Assembly: GCA_947642475.1 (NCBI GenBank)
Contig: CANRSQ010000003.1
Coordinates: 1 to 52,838, forward strand
From: an uncultured Mycoplasmatota bacterium
Lineage (GTDB): Bacteria > Bacillota_I > Bacilli_A > RF39 > UBA660
DNA: 52,838 nucleotides
Direction of reading: 5' to 3'
Part shown: piece by piece, positions 37,005 through 45,381 of the stretch
Numbering within the stretch: the first letter of the stretch is position 1
How the letters are laid out: every line of letters begins with the position of its first letter
Notes under the pieces: model-generated
Seen by the model: only the letters and a program-made list of their open reading frames with translations
What the model was told of the DNA's origin: nothing
Databases searched by the model: none
Made by a program: the position numbers and the translations under genes

Positions 37005-37907
37005 TTACAAAGTTTTTTCTAATTCATAAGTAGTCACAAAAATATCATTAGGGTTAATATATTTAAAGACATATTTATCGTTTTCTTTCGCACATATAAT
37101 ACCGATTGTTTTATCGTTAAATGGTTCTTTTATATGTTTATCTACATATCCCATATATTTTTTTATTTGTCCAATATGTTCAGCTTTAAATGATGTCACT
37201 TTAAGTTCTAGTACTACATAGCAATTAAATTTAACGTTGTATAGTAAAAAATCTATGTAATGATGGTTGTTACCTATTTTAATTTTTACCTCATGATCTA
37301 CATATGTAAAGCCTATACCTAATTGTTTTAAAAAATTACTCATATCTTCCAAAATAGCATTATGTATAAATAGTTCATTTATTTTATCTGGAATTTTTTT
37401 AGCATTTATAATTACAGGTTCTTTTATTAAGGTGGTTACTTTGGGGTTATCTAATTCACTTTTATATCCTATTCTTTCGTATTCTTTAGATTTGATTCTT
37501 TCTCTAAGTTCACGTACCGATAAATTTTGAGATTTAATTATGGAAATATAATAATTTTTAGCATTTTCATCTTTTATTGATAAAATTTTATATACATGAC
37601 TCCATGTAAGACCTTCCAAAAGGTGGGACACCGTCCCACCTTTTGGAAATGTTAAATAAAACTGACGCATCCTCTTTAAATTAGAAACATCATATCCCTT
37701 TCCAAGTTCTTTTGTTAATCTCTCAGAATATTCTTTAATGAGTTTGTTGCCATATTTTGCGCGACCTTCCCCACCTTGAGCCTCTATAAGTAATCTTCCT
37801 ACTTCATAATAACTATTTAAATCACTTTTATTTTTAGAATAATCCTTTGCTTTTTTATACATTTCATTTTTTATTAATGTATCTTTTATTTTGTTATAGT
37901 AATTCAT
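37005..37907 (-). CDS. YhcG/DUF1016 PDDEXK-family nuclease-like protein
   Basis: N-terminal SYYEVGRLLIE...NLKRMRQFYLTFP...LTWSH and C-terminal YIDFLLYN...YVVLELKV (PD-(D/E)xK-like) blocks. Confidence 0.8.
   Translation of the reverse strand: MNYYNKIKDTLIKNEMYKKAKDYSKNKSDLNSYYEVGRLLIEAQGGEGRAKYGNKLIKEYSERLTKELGKGYDVSNLKRMRQFYLTFPKGGTVSHLLEGLTWSHVYKILSIKDENAKNYYISIIKSQNLSVRELRERIKSKEYERIGYKSELDNPKVTTLIKEPVIINAKKIPDKINELFIHNAILEDMSNFLKQLGIGFTYVDHEVKIKIGNNHHYIDFLLYNVKFNCYVVLELKVTSFKAEHIGQIKKYMGYVDKHIKEPFNDKTIGIICAKENDKYVFKYINPNDIFVTTYELEKTL
37614..37648. repeat. Perfect intragenic inverted repeat, 16-bp arms with a 3-nt spacer
   Basis: TTCCAAAAGGTGGGAC-acc-GTCCCACCTTTTGGAA inside the YhcG CDS. 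It encodes FPKGGTVSHLLE in frame. GC-rich core in an AT-rich genome. Confidence 0.95.
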
Positions 37908-37957
37908 TAAACAAAACCTTCTTTCTTTTTGGTTTTGCCCTTTTTTATTCTCTATAT

Positions 37958-38005
37958 ATAATATACGGTAAAAGTCTAGCGAATTCCTGCAAGAAAATGA
38001 AAAAA
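37958..38005. promoter_or_regulatory. Conserved 48-nt upstream module, copy B
   Basis: ATAATATACG - 14 nt - AATTCCTGCAAGAAAATGAAAAAA, identical blocks and spacing to 26914..26961. It lies between the GT2 terminator and the YhcG start. Confidence 0.7.
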
Positions 38006-38020
38006 GTTGAAATTTCTTTA

Positions 38021-38052
38021 AAAAAGCAAAAAACTATGTTGTTTACATAGCT
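38021..38052 (-). terminator. Rho-independent terminator of the GT2 gene
   Basis: AGCTATGT-aaaca-ACATAGTT followed by TTTTTGCTTTTT on the minus strand. Confidence 0.7.
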
Positions 38053-38061
38053 TTGCAGTAA

Positions 38062-38751
38062 TTAATTATTACGTTTGTATTTTATTAATACCTTTAGATG
38101 TCTGATGCTATCTCTAATTGGTCTTAGATGTGGTTTTCTTGCTTTCTTTCCTTTGGAAAGTGTGATTGGTATTTCTTTTATTTTATAGTTTTGTTTATAA
38201 CACAATATTATCATTTCACTAGCAAATTCCATACCAGATGATTGTAGGTTTAGTTTTAATATTCTTTCTTTGTTTATGCCTCTTAGTCCACAGTGGAAAT
38301 CGTTTACTCCACATGGATATAGTTTTTTCCCGATATAACTTAAAATGGGATTACCTATATATTTATTTAATAATGGCATGGCTCCTTTTTCAATACCGCC
38401 TTTAAATCTATTACCAATTACTAAATCATTTCCTTCTTCAAGGTATTTATAAAATTGATTTAAATTTAGAAAGTCATATGTATCATCACTATCACCCATG
38501 ATTATATATTTTCCTTTTGCTTTTTTTATACCTTCTAATAATGCGTTTCCATAGCCTTTTTCTTTTACATTAATTACTCTTGCTTTATTTTCTTTAGCAA
38601 TTTTTATTGAATCATCGGTACTTCCGTTATCGGCTATTAACACTTCTCCATCTATGTTATTTATTTTTAGAAATGTTTGGGCTTTTACGATGCATGATTC
38701 TAGGCTTTCTGCTTCGTTTAAACATGGCATTAATATTGTTAATTTCTTCAT
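38062..38751 (-). CDS. Glycosyltransferase family 2 (soluble, 229 aa)
   Basis: TILMPCLNEAESL...ADNGSTDDS...IIMGDSDDTYD (DxD). No C-terminal TM. Confidence 0.8.
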   Translation of the reverse strand: MKKLTILMPCLNEAESLESCIVKAQTFLKINNIDGEVLIADNGSTDDSIKIAKENKARVINVKEKGYGNALLEGIKKAKGKYIIMGDSDDTYDFLNLNQFYKYLEEGNDLVIGNRFKGGIEKGAMPLLNKYIGNPILSYIGKKLYPCGVNDFHCGLRGINKERILKLNLQSSGMEFASEMIILCYKQNYKIKEIPITLSKGKKARKPHLRPIRDSIRHLKVLIKYKRNN

Positions 38752-38830
38752 TTTATACTCCTTCTATTAGTATGGTCTTTGTTGTTATTCATTTTAAGTA
38801 TATCATATTTTTTATAGTATGTATTTAATT

Positions 38831-38860
38831 AAGAAAAATCCAAAGAATTAATCTTTGGAT
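38831..38860 (-). terminator. Rho-independent terminator of the HerA-like gene
   Basis: ATCCAAAGA-loop-TCTTTGGAT followed by TTTTCTT on the minus strand. Confidence 0.8.
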
Positions 38861-40632
38861 TATTTTCTATCTATGAACCAGTTTGTACTTATGTCACAAC
38901 TACTACTTGATGGTGGTGGGGTTGGTTTATCTAGTTTTACTAAAACTGGTACTTTAAATGCATTACCAAAGGCTATACAATTACCTGGTTGAAGTACTCT
39001 TAATCTTTTTACGATTTCGTTTGTAATATTTGGTACCATTTCTCTAATATATGTAATGTCTCTTGGATGTAACATTTTGAATATTAAGAAATTATTACAT
39101 TGTGAAATTGATGTTTCTGATAGATCCGATGGTCTTTGTGAGATTAGGCCTAGTAAAACTCCGTATTTTCTTCCTTCTTTGGTTATTCGATCAAAGATGT
39201 TATAACCTAAAAGATTTACATCGTTATCGTTTTGAACGTATCTATGGGCTTCTTCTAGAATAATGTGGAATGGCAATGATGCTCTTTTATCTAGATTTTT
39301 AGCATAGTCGAATAATAGTCTTGAATATATTTTTGTTATTGTTTTAGCAAATCTATCGTCAACATAATTTATGTTGAAATTGATTATTTGGGCTTTTCTA
39401 CCGTTACCTACTAATAATAGATTTTTGATGTAGTCATCGATACTGATATATTCTTTATAGTCAAAATATACTGCATAATCACTATTTAATAAAGTATGTA
39501 ATCTTACTTTTAATACATTGGCTTCATCATATACTCTTTCGCTATTTAATGATCCTTCTGATATTAATGCGAAGTCTAAGGCTAATTTAAGGTCGTTTAA
39601 CCCGTATTTAAATGAACCATCTGGCATCGTAAGCTCAATATTATCATCTAAGAATGATTGCATGAATTTTGTGATTAATTCCATTTCTCTTATTTTACCG
39701 CTGGCATCTATTATTAGGCATTGTTTTAATGTTCTAACATACCCTGGTTGATATATTTGCGAGTCTAGATTTAAATCTTTGGTATTATAATTTGATAATA
39801 CTGAGAATATTTGGTCTCTTATGGTTGAGGCTGGTTTACCACTTGATAGGATATCTAATATTGCTCTGGCGATGATATCGTTTTTTTGTTTGATTACTTC
39901 TGATTCTTCTCTAGCAAAGACGTTAACTAGTTTTAATGCTTTTTCGATAATTGGAAGTTGTGTTGGTTTTTCGGCGTTTAATAGTAACGCGATATCGTCG
40001 ATATTAAGTAACCATAGTGGTATTTTTAGTGTTTCTGAATCACTGAAGTTTGTATTTGTTGTATAGGCTTTAAATGATACTTCTGGTGCGATTTGGTTTA
40101 TATCTTTAAAGGCTGCATGATATTCGCCGTATGCATCGAAGATGAAAATACTAGCTCTATAAGCAACAGTTGTTTTTTTATCAAAAATACTTTGAATTAA
40201 ATGAGCTACTCCCCATGATTTTCCTGAACCTGTTGATCCAAAAATGGCAAAGTGATTTGAGAAAAATTCATTAATGTTAAATCCTATTTTAACGTCTTCG
40301 TATATTGGACTTGTCCCGATATATAAATCTTTATTTTCTTTATAATCATCGACACTTATTATCATTGGTATTTTTTCTTTTGATATAAGTTTTACGGATG
40401 CTCCAAATGATGGTTTTCTAATGACACCAAAAATAAATTTATTATTTATGATTTCTCCTAATAAATTTACATATGCGATTCCGTCTTTGATATTGGCAAT
40501 CTCACCGACTATGATTTTATTGTCATCTTCCATTACAACGTGTAAATTGACTAAGTTTTGAAATTCTTTTAATTCAATATTTAATCTAACTAGAACTGTA
40601 TCTTCTTCTAGCCCCATTATTACTCCTAACAT
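38860..40632 (-). CDS. HerA/DUF87-type ATPase (HAS-barrel + FtsK/HerA-like P-loop)
   Basis: N-terminal barrel-like region, Walker A IFGSTGSGKSW, Walker B FHIILEEAHRY, arginine-finger region LISQRPSD. Confidence 0.75.
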   Translation of the reverse strand: MLGVIMGLEEDTVLVRLNIELKEFQNLVNLHVVMEDDNKIIVGEIANIKDGIAYVNLLGEIINNKFIFGVIRKPSFGASVKLISKEKIPMIISVDDYKENKDLYIGTSPIYEDVKIGFNINEFFSNHFAIFGSTGSGKSWGVAHLIQSIFDKKTTVAYRASIFIFDAYGEYHAAFKDINQIAPEVSFKAYTTNTNFSDSETLKIPLWLLNIDDIALLLNAEKPTQLPIIEKALKLVNVFAREESEVIKQKNDIIARAILDILSSGKPASTIRDQIFSVLSNYNTKDLNLDSQIYQPGYVRTLKQCLIIDASGKIREMELITKFMQSFLDDNIELTMPDGSFKYGLNDLKLALDFALISEGSLNSERVYDEANVLKVRLHTLLNSDYAVYFDYKEYISIDDYIKNLLLVGNGRKAQIINFNINYVDDRFAKTITKIYSRLLFDYAKNLDKRASLPFHIILEEAHRYVQNDNDVNLLGYNIFDRITKEGRKYGVLLGLISQRPSDLSETSISQCNNFLIFKMLHPRDITYIREMVPNITNEIVKRLRVLQPGNCIAFGNAFKVPVLVKLDKPTPPPSSSSCDISTNWFIDRK

Positions 40633-40677
40633 GTTATCACCCTATTATAATGTTATCACAAAGGTGGCTTTTATGTA

Positions 40678-40711
40678 AAGAAAAAGTGTTAGATTATTGA
40701 ATTTCTAACAC
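40678..40711 (-). terminator. Rho-independent terminator of yqeH (overlaps its 3' end)
   Basis: GTGTTAGA-loop-TCTAACAC followed by TTTTTCTTT on the minus strand. Confidence 0.75.
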
Positions 40712-41666
40712 TGACTTTGACACCATCTTTTATGTATAATTTTATTTTACAGTCTTTGGTTGATTTGATAAAACCTAGGCCTTTTATGACTATATCTTGA
40801 TTTTCTTTTACATTTAAATTATGGCGTTTTAAGTCTTCTAATTTATTTGTCTGTTTATAGAATCTTTCTAATTTTAGATCATTTGATGTATAAAATATTA
40901 GATTTGTTCCTTTGGTTACATCTATTCTAAATAGATTTCCAACAATTATTGTTTGGTCTATTTTTACTTGGATAACGGCTGGTTTTAATTCTTTTTTTGG
41001 TAATATTTTATTTAATATTTCACCTTTAACATCTAAGATAATGCTTCCTTCATCTAGTAATCCTGGAGTATCTATTATGGTTAAATCTTTATTTATTTTT
41101 ACATCAATTAAATCTAAGGTTGTTGATGGTAAAATACTGGTTGTGATTTCTGTTTGGTTTTGTCCATAATCTTTAATTAGTTTATTTATTAGTGTACTTT
41201 TACCGGCGTTTGTATAACCTATAACGTATACGTTATTTGACTTTTTATATTTATTTATTTTTTCATATAGTGTGTCTAGGTTATAGTTATTTTTACTGCA
41301 AACGACTACTTTGTCTATTACATTTAGATTGGTTTTTATTTTGTTTAATAATTTGTTTTCGTCTAAATTTCTTGGAATTAAATCTCTTTTGGCAAGTACT
41401 AGTAAAACGGGATTTTTAATTTTTAATTCGTTTAAACTTTCGGTATTTAGAAAATCGGTAACTAATATTACTAGGTCGTTTGTTTTTTCTATTTGTTTGA
41501 TAATGTTTAAATAATATTCATTATCTTTATCGATAAATTTATAATCGTTATAATGTCTTATTCTAAAACATCTTTCGCATAGATTTTTGGTTAGGTCTTT
41601 TACGTACCCTTCTTTATTTTTATCTTCGTTTTGTAAAACGGCTCCGCAGCCTATACATTTAGTCAT
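40689..41666 (-). CDS. yqeH: Ribosome biogenesis GTPase YqeH
   Basis: N-terminal zinc finger CIGCG...CERCF. Circularly permuted G motifs LAKRDL, GYTNAGKST, DTPG. Confidence 0.85.
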   Translation of the reverse strand: MTKCIGCGAVLQNEDKNKEGYVKDLTKNLCERCFRIRHYNDYKFIDKDNEYYLNIIKQIEKTNDLVILVTDFLNTESLNELKIKNPVLLVLAKRDLIPRNLDENKLLNKIKTNLNVIDKVVVCSKNNYNLDTLYEKINKYKKSNNVYVIGYTNAGKSTLINKLIKDYGQNQTEITTSILPSTTLDLIDVKINKDLTIIDTPGLLDEGSIILDVKGEILNKILPKKELKPAVIQVKIDQTIIVGNLFRIDVTKGTNLIFYTSNDLKLERFYKQTNKLEDLKRHNLNVKENQDIVIKGLGFIKSTKDCKIKLYIKDGVKVSVRNSII

Positions 41667-42180
41667 AATATCTTCCTTTACAGAATAGGTCTTTGTTTCT
41701 TAATTTTTTCATTTTCTTTATTTCTAAGTAGCGGAAGATTTTTCCGGTGAAATAATTTTTATTTGAGCATGGGTTTACTAATATTGTCGTGATGCCGACT
41801 GTGTTACCGCATAAAACATCTGTATACATTTGATCACCAATGTTGGCGATTTCATTTAATTTGTATCCAGAGTTATTAATGAATTTTTTTAGTTTACAAG
41901 TAAATGGCTTAAGAGCGAAAGAAATAAAGTCAACATTTAGGGCTTCGGCAAATCTTTTTACTCTTTTTTTAGGACTATTTGAGAAAATCACAACTTTGAA
42001 TCCTTTTTGTTTTAGGCTGACAATTAGTTCTTTTGCTTTTTCTGTTAAGTCATTTGTTTTGGCTGGAACTAGTGTATTATCTAGATCAAATAAAATACAT
42101 TTTATGCCTCTACTTAGTAATTTTGAGTAATCGATTGTATATATACTTTTTTGGTAGATATCTGGTATAAATTTTTCCAT
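41659..42180 (-). CDS. yqeG: YqeG-family HAD IIIA phosphatase
   Basis: ILFDLDNTL motif. 8-nt overlap with yqeH. The ATG at 42180 follows a GGAGGGA RBS. Confidence 0.8.
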   Translation of the reverse strand: MEKFIPDIYQKSIYTIDYSKLLSRGIKCILFDLDNTLVPAKTNDLTEKAKELIVSLKQKGFKVVIFSNSPKKRVKRFAEALNVDFISFALKPFTCKLKKFINNSGYKLNEIANIGDQMYTDVLCGNTVGITTILVNPCSNKNYFTGKIFRYLEIKKMKKLRNKDLFCKGRYYD

Positions 42181-42251
42181 AAGGTATCCCTCCATAACTA
42201 TTTATATAATAACATAATTGTTATGTGATGGGCAACTATTTTGCTTTATAC

Positions 42252-42285
42252 AAAAGAAAAAACTTGATTATTTGGTATCAAGTTT
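42252..42285 (-). terminator. Rho-independent terminator of the Bro-N gene (overlaps its 3' end)
   Basis: AACTTGAT-loop-ATCAAGTT followed by TTTTTCTTTT on the minus strand. Confidence 0.75.
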
Positions 42286-43128
42286 ATTATTTTTTTCTAA
42301 ATATCTTCCGCCTATATTATTTTCTATTTTTATAGCTTTCTGTTTTGTTTCTTGTTCATAATAATCTTTCGCTATTTTGGATATTGTGCCTCCCCTTTTA
42401 GCTACATTTAAATTTTCTTTTAATCCCGTTGGTTTTTCCTTTTTGGCAATGTCTCTTGTTGTTAGTTCTCCTAAATCAGCTAGTACTAGTTCTATATCGC
42501 TCATATTATCTCTAAGTGATTCTTTTCTAATTCCTTTTAACTGTTTATATTCTTTTGCGGTCATATTAGACCAGGTTTTATAAATTTCATTTGTTAGCAT
42601 GGCATATTCATAGTTTTCGGTTATGCCACCTTCTTTCCAAATGTCTGTAAGTTTTTTTCTATTTAGAATTCCATTAACTCGTGATTTGATCCAATCGTCT
42701 GAATAACCTTTGTTACGATAGTATTCTATGGCTCTATTTATGGCTATTTCTGGGTCAAATACTTCGTCGATTCTTTCTTTTCCTAAAGTAGCCAACCACA
42801 TTTTAAATGGTTCGGCTTTTGGACTTGGCACTGATTCGATTAAACGAAGTATTCCTTCTGTATCTAGGGTGTCGGTCGGATAGTTCTTTCCATCCTTTTG
42901 TGATTGCATTTTTAGTTTCCGACATTTTGTCGGAATCTCACTTTTTTCTTGTTTTGTTAATCGCCTCTTTAACGTCGTCCAATAGTCACTTGGGTCATCA
43001 CTTTCTGTTAAAACAGCTATAACGTCGACAACTGATAAATAGTAATCTTCCTTGTCTGCGTCCCATATACTTCTGATTTTATTTCCTTCAAATAAGTCAG
43101 TAATTGTTTGTAGTTTGTTTTCCTTCAT
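42268..43128 (-). CDS. Bro-N domain protein, DinD-like
   Basis: FEGNKIRSIWDADKEDYYLSVVDVIAVL (Bro-N). The C-terminus LRDNMSDIELVLADLGE...AKRGGTISK resembles the DNA-damage-inducible protein D type. Confidence 0.75.
   Translation of the reverse strand: MKENKLQTITDLFEGNKIRSIWDADKEDYYLSVVDVIAVLTESDDPSDYWTTLKRRLTKQEKSEIPTKCRKLKMQSQKDGKNYPTDTLDTEGILRLIESVPSPKAEPFKMWLATLGKERIDEVFDPEIAINRAIEYYRNKGYSDDWIKSRVNGILNRKKLTDIWKEGGITENYEYAMLTNEIYKTWSNMTAKEYKQLKGIRKESLRDNMSDIELVLADLGELTTRDIAKKEKPTGLKENLNVAKRGGTISKIAKDYYEQETKQKAIKIENNIGGRYLEKNNKLDTK
42917..42935. repeat. Perfect intragenic inverted repeat, 8-bp arms with a 3-nt spacer
   Basis: TTCCGACA-ttt-TGTCGGAA inside the Bro-N CDS (IPTKCRK). Short enough to arise by chance on its own. 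Confidence 0.8.
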
Positions 43129-43208
43129 AATTTATCCCTCCTCTTATTATTTTTCAGAAAATTAAAGTTTCCCTCCTTTCTTTTTGGTTTTGTACTCTTT
43201 TCTATTTA

Positions 43209-43238
43209 ATTGTAACAAATGTTCGTTGTTGTCGTCAA
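43209..43238 (-). promoter_or_regulatory. Promoter of the Bro-N gene
   Basis: TTGACG - 18 nt - TACAAT with TG extended -10 (minus strand). Confidence 0.55.
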
Positions 43239-43254
43239 TGACTTTTTATAAATT

Positions 43255-43277
43255 TAAAAAACAAGCATTGCTTGTTT
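43255..43277 (-). terminator. Rho-independent terminator of the carboxypeptidase gene
   Basis: AAACAAGC-att-GCTTGTTT followed by TTTTAAATTT on the minus strand. Confidence 0.75.
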
Positions 43278-44433
43278 ATATTGCGATATCACCGGTTAAA
43301 ATGTCTTTTAAATATCTTAAATAAAGTTCTCCAATATTAGCTTTTTTAAGATCATTTTTTATGGTTAAGTCAATTGTTCTGATGTGTTTTCCATCTTCTT
43401 TGATATTAAGCTTTCCTACTACTTCGCCTTTTTTAATTGGGGCTTTTAAATCTTTTAATTTTACTTCATATGTGGCATTACCTACTTTTTCACTTTTCTT
43501 TTTTAGAACTGTAGCTTGTTCTTTTGGGATTATTTCAACATATTTTTGTTTGGCTTTTGTTGCTTCATATTTTCCTAATGTTGGTTTGTTTTTTAATAGG
43601 TCTTCTATTTTATATTGAGCGAATGAGTAATCTAGCATTTCACTTACTTCTTTATTTCTAGTTTTACTATCTGGTTCACCCATAACAACAGCGATTATAC
43701 GCATCCCATCTTTTTTGGCGGTGGCGGTTAAACAGTAACCGGCATCTTTGGTGTATCCTGTTTTTAACCCGTCTACTCCATCATAAAATCTAACTAGTTT
43801 ATTGGTGTTTACAAGCCATATTTTTTTATCGGTGTTTTCTCTTAGATAGTCTTCATATACTGATGTAAATTCTAATACTTTTTCATGTTTTACTAGTTCT
43901 CTGGCGATGGCCGACATATCTCTAGCACTTGAGTAATGATTGGCGGCATCTAAGCCGTGCGGAGTTTTAAAATTTGTATTTTTTAAATTTAGTTCTTTGG
44001 CTTTTTTATTCATCATATCGACAAATCCGTCTACACTTCCAGCTATGGCTTCGGCTAAAGCGACTACGGCATCGTTTCCACTGGCAATGGCAACGCCTTT
44101 GAATAGATCTTCGACGGTCATTTTTTCGCCTGTTTCTAGCAAGATTTGGCTTCCGCCCATACTTGATGCGTTTTCACTGACGGTAATTTTTTGGTTCCAT
44201 TTTAATACTCCATTTTCGATGTTTTCCATAATTAATAACATACTCATCATTTTGGTCATACTGGCTGGAACTAATTTTTCATCGGAATTTTTTTCGAACA
44301 ATATTTTTCCGGTTGTAGCTTCGATAATAATGGCTGATTTGGCATTTTCAGCTAGTTTTAATTCTTCGGCTTTTGTATTTGTTGGGAACATTAATAATGT
44401 ACTTAAGGTTAATAGTATTAATAGTTTTTTCAT
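43276..44433 (-). CDS. D-alanyl-D-alanine carboxypeptidase (PBP5/DacA-DacF type)
   Basis: Signal peptide, SMTKMM (SxxK), SGND (SxN), KTGYT (KTG), C-terminal PBP5_C-like domain. Confidence 0.85.
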   Translation of the reverse strand: MKKLLILLTLSTLLMFPTNTKAEELKLAENAKSAIIIEATTGKILFEKNSDEKLVPASMTKMMSMLLIMENIENGVLKWNQKITVSENASSMGGSQILLETGEKMTVEDLFKGVAIASGNDAVVALAEAIAGSVDGFVDMMNKKAKELNLKNTNFKTPHGLDAANHYSSARDMSAIARELVKHEKVLEFTSVYEDYLRENTDKKIWLVNTNKLVRFYDGVDGLKTGYTKDAGYCLTATAKKDGMRIIAVVMGEPDSKTRNKEVSEMLDYSFAQYKIEDLLKNKPTLGKYEATKAKQKYVEIIPKEQATVLKKKSEKVGNATYEVKLKDLKAPIKKGEVVGKLNIKEDGKHIRTIDLTIKNDLKKANIGELYLRYLKDILTGDIAI

Positions 44434-44567
44434 AATTCACCTCTACTATAAAGGTATGTATTTATGTTTTTTATATACTAAAAATGTCGAACTTTGTATT
44501 TATATATTAGTTGTGCTAAAATATAAGTATAAGGAATGAAATGGCAATATAGGGAGATGGTTTAGTA

Positions 44568-45374
44568 ATGAAATATAATGTTTCAGCAATTAATAAGGTG
44601 AAAAACAAATATATAAAAAAAAGAATATATTATTTAAATAAATATTTATTAAAGCAAAATGAAAAAGTTGCTTATGCTTACAAAAATTTAGAAACAGATG
44701 ACATGTTTTCTTTTAATTTTGATGTTTGTTTTTATAGTGCGAGTGCGATAAAATTTCTAGTGTGTTTATATATTTATGAAAAGGCTGAAAAGAATCCAGA
44801 ATTATTAAATGAAAAAATAAAATTAGGAGAAGAAGATTTTAAAAGTGGCAGCGGTGTTTTAAGCGATGATAAAACTGTAACTGAGTATACAATAAGAGAA
44901 TTAGTTTATTATACGCTTAAAGAAAGTGATAATACTGCTTATATAAAATTAGTAAATTTTGTTACTCCTGACAGGTTAAAAGAATTTGGTTTATCTTTGG
45001 GAGCAAATCACACACTAGAGGGTAAGGATTTATTTGGAATTACTAATGCCTATGATATGGAAATATATTTAACTTATTTACATGATTATTTAAATACTAA
45101 TACTAAACTAAGTAATGAATTAAAGGAATGTATGCTAGATCCATCATATCAAATAATTAAGGCAAAAAATATTGATAATAACTTATTCGTAAGAAAATAT
45201 GGAAGTTTTGGAATTGCATTTCACGAAGTTGGAATTGTATATGATGAATCCCCCTATATTTTAATTATTCTTACGCAGAAAAATGAACTTAAGGATAATC
45301 AAAAAATTAAATATGTTAATAAAGTGGCTAAGAAAATTAACAGAATACATAAATTAATCAAAGAAGAAAAATAA
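44568..45374 (+). CDS. Class A beta-lactamase-related serine hydrolase
   Basis: SASAIK (SxxK), ESDNTA (SDN), KYGS (KxG-like). No obvious signal peptide. Confidence 0.65.
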   Translation: MKYNVSAINKVKNKYIKKRIYYLNKYLLKQNEKVAYAYKNLETDDMFSFNFDVCFYSASAIKFLVCLYIYEKAEKNPELLNEKIKLGEEDFKSGSGVLSDDKTVTEYTIRELVYYTLKESDNTAYIKLVNFVTPDRLKEFGLSLGANHTLEGKDLFGITNAYDMEIYLTYLHDYLNTNTKLSNELKECMLDPSYQIIKAKNIDNNLFVRKYGSFGIAFHEVGIVYDESPYILIILTQKNELKDNQKIKYVNKVAKKINRIHKLIKEEK

Positions 45375-45381
45375 TTTTACT

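Noticed and set aside
43940-44539. 199-aa plus-strand ORF opposite the D-Ala-D-Ala carboxypeptidase gene.
   Set aside because: It is antisense to a gene with clear SxxK/SxN/KTG motifs, with no RBS and shadow-ORF composition.
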